Source of the DNA: Thermoprotei archaeon
GTDB taxonomy: Archaea; Thermoproteota; Thermoprotei; Thermofilales; B20-G17
Reading direction: 5' to 3'
DNA: 39,956 nt
NCBI GenBank assembly: GCA_003649515.1
Contig: QMSC01000001.1
Location: 1 to 39,956, forward strand
Below are positions 35,364-39,956 of the stretch, piece by piece. The number at the start of each line of letters is the position of its first letter. Position 1 is the stretch's first letter. The notes below the pieces were generated by a model. It saw nothing but the letters and a program-made list of their open reading frames with translations. It did no database searches and was not told the origin of the DNA. The translations under genes were made by a program, and so were the position numbers.

Positions 35364-35828
35364 ATGGGTGGGCGCTGGAACTTTTCAGCACAGGACCTAG
35401 ATCCTATGCGAACTGCGATAGCTAGTGGACGCGATCTAAGGATCTCATGGAAGCATGCAGTAGAGATCTGTAGGTGTATTAAGGGTTTGAAGGTAGAGGA
35501 TGCCGAAAAGTTACTCGAGAATGTTATAAACATGCGTCGTCCCATACCGTTCCGCCGTTTCCATAAGAAAGTTGCGCATAGAAGACAATTAACCAAGTGG
35601 CCCTCAGGACGATGGCCTGTAAAGGCAGCTAAAGAAATACTTAAGGTCTTAAAGAACGCAGAGGCCAATGCAGAATATAAAGGGCTCGATACAACTCGTC
35701 TCTGGGTAGTACATGCAGCTGCCCATAAAGGTCTTAAAATTAGAAAGTATATTCCCCGTGCCTTTGGTAGGGCTACACCTTACTTCCAACAGTTAGTTCA
35801 CGTAGAAATAGCTTTAATGGAAAAGTAG
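35364..35828 (+). CDS. rpl22: 50S ribosomal protein uL22 (L22P)
   Basis: ASGRDLRISWKHAVEICRCIKG ... PIPFRRFHKKVAHRR motifs. Confidence 0.92.
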   Translation: MGGRWNFSAQDLDPMRTAIASGRDLRISWKHAVEICRCIKGLKVEDAEKLLENVINMRRPIPFRRFHKKVAHRRQLTKWPSGRWPVKAAKEILKVLKNAEANAEYKGLDTTRLWVVHAAAHKGLKIRKYIPRAFGRATPYFQQLVHVEIALMEK

Positions 35829-35840
35829 TAAGGTGATCAA

Positions 35841-36473
35841 ATGGATTTAGTTAGGCAGTTTATTAAAGAAGGACTAACACGAATGGAAATACATGAGTTC
35901 CTTGAACACGAATTAAGCCGAGCAGGATACGTCGAAGTTCAACTATTGAAAACCCCCATCGGGAACCGCATCGTTATATATGCGGAAAGACCCAGCTTAG
36001 TTATCGGGAGAAGAGGTTCCCGAATAAGGGAGCTTGCTCAAACTCTTGAGAAGAAGTTCGGTATCGAAAACCCCCAGATAGACGTCATTCAAATACCTAA
36101 TCCGGAGCTTAACGCAAAGGTTATGGCGTACAGGATAGCTAGAGCTATAGCTAGAGGAATAAGATTTAGGAGAGCAGCATTCGTGGCCTTAAGACAAATT
36201 ATGAGCGCAGGAGCGCTGGGCGCGGAGATAGTTATTAGTGGAAAACTTACAAGCGAACGCGCACGTTTTGAGAAATTCAGAGATGGTATAGTGTTTAAGT
36301 CAGGAAGACCTCGCGAAATCCTGGTAGATGAAGCCACTGTCCAAGTCCTACTTAAGCTCGGAGTCTACGGAGTAAAGGTAAAGATAGCTAAGCCCGTAGA
36401 GAGAATACCCGGGAGAATAGAGATCCTTCCGATGAGCACTGAACAGGGTGGTGGTAGCGGTGCCCAAGCCTAA
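35841..36473 (+). CDS. rps3: 30S ribosomal protein uS3 (S3P)
   Basis: KH domain ([21 protein letters not shown]) and [17 protein letters not shown] motif. Confidence 0.93.
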   Translation: MDLVRQFIKEGLTRMEIHEFLEHELSRAGYVEVQLLKTPIGNRIVIYAERPSLVIGRRGSRIRELAQTLEKKFGIENPQIDVIQIPNPELNAKVMAYRIARAIARGIRFRRAAFVALRQIMSAGALGAEIVISGKLTSERARFEKFRDGIVFKSGRPREILVDEATVQVLLKLGVYGVKVKIAKPVERIPGRIEILPMSTEQGGGSGAQA

Positions 36474-36678
36474 GGCTTCCGAGATAAGGAAAATGAGTAG
36501 AGAGGAAAGAGAAAAGCTACTCTACGAGCTTAGATTTGAACTTATGAGATTGAGAGGACTTCTATCCTCTGGAAGCCCTGTTGAGAACCCATCAAGGATA
36601 CGTGAGTTAAAGCGCGCTATTGCGAGAATTCTAACTATTCAGCGTGAAGAGGAATTAAGGCAGAAAAAAGGTGCGTGA
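36448..36678 (+). CDS. rpl29: 50S ribosomal protein uL29 (L29P)
   Basis: [28 protein letters not shown] motif. The GTG start overlaps the end of uS3. Confidence 0.9.
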   Translation: MVVAVPKPKASEIRKMSREEREKLLYELRFELMRLRGLLSSGSPVENPSRIRELKRAIARILTIQREEELRQKKGA

Positions 36679-36967
36679 ACACCTTGAAGATCACTCCAAG
36701 AAATTTTTGAAACATGAACTGATAGGTTTAAGAGTAGAGGTAGTTGAGAGTAACAATAAGTTCCTAAAAGGGATCTCTGGAACTGTAGTTTATGAGACAA
36801 TGAAGATGATTTTCATACGTACGAAAAGTGGCGCTATTAAAAAAGTACCTAAATCCATCTGTGTGTTTCGGTTCACCCTCCCTGACGGAACAGTCCTTAG
36901 AGTAAATGGGGAAGTTCTTTACGGGAGACCCGAGGACCGGATAAAGAAAAGATTAAAATACTGGTGA
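36671..36967 (+). CDS. rnp1: RNase P protein component 1 (Rpp29/Pop4)
   Basis: [37 protein letters not shown] Sm-like barrel. Canonical archaeal position between uL29 and uS17. Confidence 0.85.
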   Translation: MREHLEDHSKKFLKHELIGLRVEVVESNNKFLKGISGTVVYETMKMIFIRTKSGAIKKVPKSICVFRFTLPDGTVLRVNGEVLYGRPEDRIKKRLKYW

Positions 36968-37022
36968 GTTAGAGAACAAAAAGTATTTACGATAAAGTGT
37001 GTGCTTAAACAGGGATTGATAG

Positions 37023-37355
37023 ATGTCGCCTGCGAGAAACATAGGGATACCCGGAATAACTCCTCCAGAAGAGGAATGCGATGACCCGAACTGTCCATTT
37101 CATGGAAGACTTTCAGTGCGTGGACTAATATTAGAGGGAGTTGTAGTGAGCACGAGAATGCGCAATACGGTCGTAATTAGGCATGACTACCTTCATTACG
37201 ATAAGAAGTATAAGCGTTATGAAAGGAGGAGGAAGAAGATACACGCTCACCTACCACCCTGCATTGAAGTTAAAGAAGGAGACCTAGTCATAATAGGGGA
37301 ATGTCGACCAATAGCGAAAACTGTATCATTTGTTGTTTTAGGTAAAAAGAAGTAG
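37023..37355 (+). CDS. rps17: 30S ribosomal protein uS17 (S17P)
   Basis: [16 protein letters not shown] ... [24 protein letters not shown] motifs. Confidence 0.92.
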   Translation: MSPARNIGIPGITPPEEECDDPNCPFHGRLSVRGLILEGVVVSTRMRNTVVIRHDYLHYDKKYKRYERRRKKIHAHLPPCIEVKEGDLVIIGECRPIAKTVSFVVLGKKK

Positions 37356-37366
37356 GGGGATAGTGT

Positions 37367-37795
37367 ATGGCGAAAAAGAGGATGAAGAAAGGTGCAAGTA
37401 TTGATAGGATACCCCATATACCCCCAGCAATTTTTACTAATACTTTAGTCAAGATAACGGATAACTCAGGTGGACAGACCGGCCGCGTGATAGGCGTATT
37501 AAAGAAGAAGACCGTTCGCAGAAGACTCCCAGGCGCAGCGGTAGGAGATGTAGTCGTAGTATCTATAAGGGAAGGCAAGCCAGAGCTTAGAAGACAGATA
37601 ATGCATGCAATTGTTGTGCGTCAACGAAAACCCTATAGAAGGGCGGATGGTACGTGGATCCAGTTCGAAGATAACGCAGTTATACTGATAACGCCAGAAG
37701 GTGAACCTCGAGGAACAGAAATAAGAGGTCCAGTAGCAAAAGAAGCAGCAGAAAAGTGGCCGAAAATAGCAAATATAGCCTCATTAATTATATAG
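37367..37795 (+). CDS. rpl14: 50S ribosomal protein uL14 (L14P)
   Basis: VKITDNSGGQTGRVIGV ... GDVVVVSIREGKPELRRQI ... FEDNAVILI motifs. Confidence 0.93.
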   Translation: MAKKRMKKGASIDRIPHIPPAIFTNTLVKITDNSGGQTGRVIGVLKKKTVRRRLPGAAVGDVVVVSIREGKPELRRQIMHAIVVRQRKPYRRADGTWIQFEDNAVILITPEGEPRGTEIRGPVAKEAAEKWPKIANIASLII

Positions 37796-37912
37796 CGGTT
37801 ATCTGTGCTCGCTTTTGATTATTAATAGTTGGTGTGAACTTCCTCCTCAGTACCTTATTAGTACCTTAACTTAGCTCCTCCTGTTGCTAACGATAATTCT
37901 GAGGTTACATTA

Positions 37913-37970
37913 GGTCAGCAAACTTCGAGCTCCTCATACAATGTTCGGCCGACTGTTTATTCATCATACC
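37913..37970 (-). ncRNA. C/D box sRNA (2'-O-methylation guide), 58 nt
   Basis: Minus strand reads GGT-ATGATGA(C)-ATAAACAGTCGG-CCGA(D')-ACATTGT-ATGAGGA(C')-GCTCGAAGTTTG-CTGA(D)-CC. Both guides are exactly 12 nt, the D'-C' spacer is 7 nt, and GG/CC forms a terminal stem. A TATA-like CTTTAATAG (37993-38001) lies 23-31 nt upstream. The D' guide is complementary to CCGACUGUUUAU, which contains the universally conserved LSU rRNA GACUGUUUA motif. Confidence 0.75.
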
Positions 37971-38001
37971 ATAAGTTCATTTGCTCCTCTGACTATTAAA
38001 G

Positions 38002-38358
38002 TTAACACGTCAGGTGGAAAGCCCCTGCGACTCTCTTCCCATTCTCAACGAGGTCATTGTAAACTTTATACGCCTCTCCCGTGGGACAAGCAATTAACCT
38101 TATATTTTGCTTCTTAAGCTCCCTCTCCACCTCTGGTAATATTTTCATGAAACCGTAGTACCCCGTACCTACAACTAGGACCTCTATGTCCTCTTTTAAT
38201 ACCTCTTTTAGGTCGTCAAGACATAATTCATGACCTTCTCGTCGCCACCAATTCTCAACTATCCTTCCAGGTAAAAGTATTAAGTCCTTGCTGTATACTT
38301 TACCCTCAACAACGATCTCTCCAAACTTATAATCATTCACACGAAACATCATCTCCAT
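38002..38358 (-). CDS. MTH938-like (DUF498/NDUFAF3-like) domain protein
   Basis: YKFGEIVVEGKVYSKDLILLPGRIV ... VLVVGTGYYGFMKI pattern. ATG 38358 is preferred; the ORF track begins at TTG 38403. Confidence 0.6.
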   Translation of the reverse strand: MEMMFRVNDYKFGEIVVEGKVYSKDLILLPGRIVENWWRREGHELCLDDLKEVLKEDIEVLVVGTGYYGFMKILPEVERELKKQNIRLIACPTGEAYKVYNDLVENGKRVAGAFHLTC

Positions 38359-38447
38359 AGCTATGCTAGTGATTAATAAAGTAAGCGTTACTGGTGTGAG
38401 CAAAAATAAATAGGCTCTTCGTCTACTTGAAGTAAAGGTGCTTCAAA

Positions 38448-39872
38448 GTGAATGTAATAGTGATCATGCTGGATAGCTTGAGACCCGACCATCTAGGGTG
38501 TTATGGTAATCCTTGGATTAAAACCCCTAATATAGACGAGTTCGCTAAGGAAAGCGTGATCTTCGAGAGAGCTTACGCTGAAGGTTTGCCAACATTACCT
38601 GTTCGAACAGCTCTATTTACCGGGAGATACACTCTTATGTGGAGAGGCTGGCAACATTTAGAACCCGAAGATGTAACTCTAGCCGAGATCCTATGGGATA
38701 GCGATTACGCTACGGCTTTCATCACAGACACCTACCATCTTCATAAACCTAAAATGGCCTACGAGAGAGGCTTCGACTTCGTAGAATTCATTCGAGGACA
38801 GGAGGCTGATCCCTACATAATCGACCCCAGCATAAAAGTGGATCTATCCAAATGGCATCCTAAAAACTACTTCACAGAGAAGGATAAGAAAGTCTTCATA
38901 CAGTACTTAAGGAACAGACACGATTGGCAAAATGAAGAAGATCATTTCATAGCTAAAGTCGTTAAGGCAGGCATTGAGTGGTTAGAAGGGGAAGTTAACA
39001 GAGGAAGAAAGGATAGGCTTTTCCTATGGCTTGACTGCTTTGACCCTCATGAACCATGGGACCCTCCCGAAAAGTATTACTCCCTCTACGCGCCGAAAGA
39101 TTATGACGACCTGCCAATAATACAACCGTTTATAGGAGGGGAAAAAGGAGGACTTTTAGAGAGTTTTACTGAGAGAGAAGTAAGGCATATTAGAGCTCAA
39201 TATGCTGGAGAAGTGACGCTAGTGGATAAGTGGATAGGAATATTTTTCGAAAAACTTAAAGAGTTAGACCTATGGGATAACAGCCTAATCGTTTTGCTGA
39301 GCGACCATGGTGAACCCCTAGGAGAACACGGTATAATAAGAAAAGTAAGACCATGGCCCTACGAAGAGTTATCCAGAATAGTCTTACTAATAAAACACCC
39401 AGAAGTGGATACAGGAAAGAAAATTGAAGCTTTTGTTCAGACTCCGGATATAATGGTTACCATAATAGACTTTCTACAGATACCTTTAGAAAGAAGTGTG
39501 TGGAGCGTTACTCCTAAGGTCCAGGGTAAAAGCCTACTACCTTTGTTGACCGGAGAAGAGGAGAAGGAGAGAGATTATGCCATCGCAGGACACTTTGGCA
39601 TTTCCTGGAGTATCAGGAATGAGGACTATAGCCTATACTTATGGCCGGGGAAGAAGGCAAGTTATACTTTTGGGACACTTTATATGGAGAAACAGGAGAA
39701 GACTAAAGCGGAACTCTACAGACTTGACCGAAATTATATTCCGCCCCCTCCAGGCGAGTGGAGAGAAGGAGATCAGCCCGAAAGAGAAAACCTAATAGAG
39801 AAGGAGAGAGAGATAGCTGAGACTCTTGAGCTAAAGCTTCGAAGAAAGCTTATGAGAATAGCTGGCTTGTAA
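38448..39872 (+). CDS. Sulfatase-fold (alkaline phosphatase superfamily) protein with T-x-P-x-R in place of the C/S-x-P-x-R formylglycine motif
   Basis: VIVIMLDSLRPDHLGCYG, KTPNIDEFA, LPTLPVRTALFTGRY and LLSDHGEPLGEHG. Thr49 (codon ACA, 38592-38594) occupies the Cys/Ser position. GTG start. Confidence 0.7.
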   Translation: MNVIVIMLDSLRPDHLGCYGNPWIKTPNIDEFAKESVIFERAYAEGLPTLPVRTALFTGRYTLMWRGWQHLEPEDVTLAEILWDSDYATAFITDTYHLHKPKMAYERGFDFVEFIRGQEADPYIIDPSIKVDLSKWHPKNYFTEKDKKVFIQYLRNRHDWQNEEDHFIAKVVKAGIEWLEGEVNRGRKDRLFLWLDCFDPHEPWDPPEKYYSLYAPKDYDDLPIIQPFIGGEKGGLLESFTEREVRHIRAQYAGEVTLVDKWIGIFFEKLKELDLWDNSLIVLLSDHGEPLGEHGIIRKVRPWPYEELSRIVLLIKHPEVDTGKKIEAFVQTPDIMVTIIDFLQIPLERSVWSVTPKVQGKSLLPLLTGEEEKERDYAIAGHFGISWSIRNEDYSLYLWPGKKASYTFGTLYMEKQEKTKAELYRLDRNYIPPPPGEWREGDQPERENLIEKEREIAETLELKLRRKLMRIAGL

Positions 39873-39956
39873 CAATTAAATTCCTTTTCTTTGTCGCTAT
39901 AGAATTTCAGCAGCTGTAGGAATTAATTAATCACTTTTAAGATACCGCTACGAACA

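Noticed and set aside
1-39956. CRISPR arrays, IS elements and long tandem repeats
   Set aside because: Reading the intergenic regions on both strands revealed no regularly spaced repeats of 24 nt or more, no terminal inverted repeats and no transposase-like ORFs.

Overview
Archaeal chromosomal window with crenarchaeal (Thermoproteota/TACK) hallmarks: GatE, a TFE-beta-like wHTH/Fe-S protein, the Gar1-TFB pair, eS8-SRP19, class I CCA-adding enzyme, a C/D box sRNA and tRNAs with non-canonical introns. It is mostly translation and transcription housekeeping. It holds about 28 ribosomal protein genes, SecY, SRP19, an RNase P subunit, 4 tRNAs, GatE, MetAP, diphthine synthase, TFB, TFE-beta and Gar1. 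I saw no CRISPR array, transposase, integrase or recognisable defence system. The most unusual feature is the architecture of the ribosomal-protein supercluster. It is cut into three same-strand blocks in permuted order: uL24..SecY, then uL3..uS19+eS8+SRP19, then uL22..uL14 about 20 kb later. The uS5-uL30 pair is inverted inside the spc block, uL6 is missing between uS8 and eL32, and adk is missing after secY. RNA-level findings are a tRNA-Lys(CUU) with two putative introns, an initiator tRNA-Met with a 30-nt intron between the D-arm and anticodon stem, and a 58-nt C/D box sRNA missed by the ORF track. One guide of that sRNA matches a universally conserved LSU rRNA motif. The only accessory-like stretch is about 22.7-28.3 kb. 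It encodes a V4R-domain protein, a small exported protein, a two-module Lrp/AsnC-type regulator, membrane proteins, an MBL hydrolase and a PglZ-like phosphoesterase. Its divergent promoter carries TTGCA/TGCAA dyads that look like Lrp-type operators. All calls rest on reading the translated ORFs and the DNA by eye; no database search was run.
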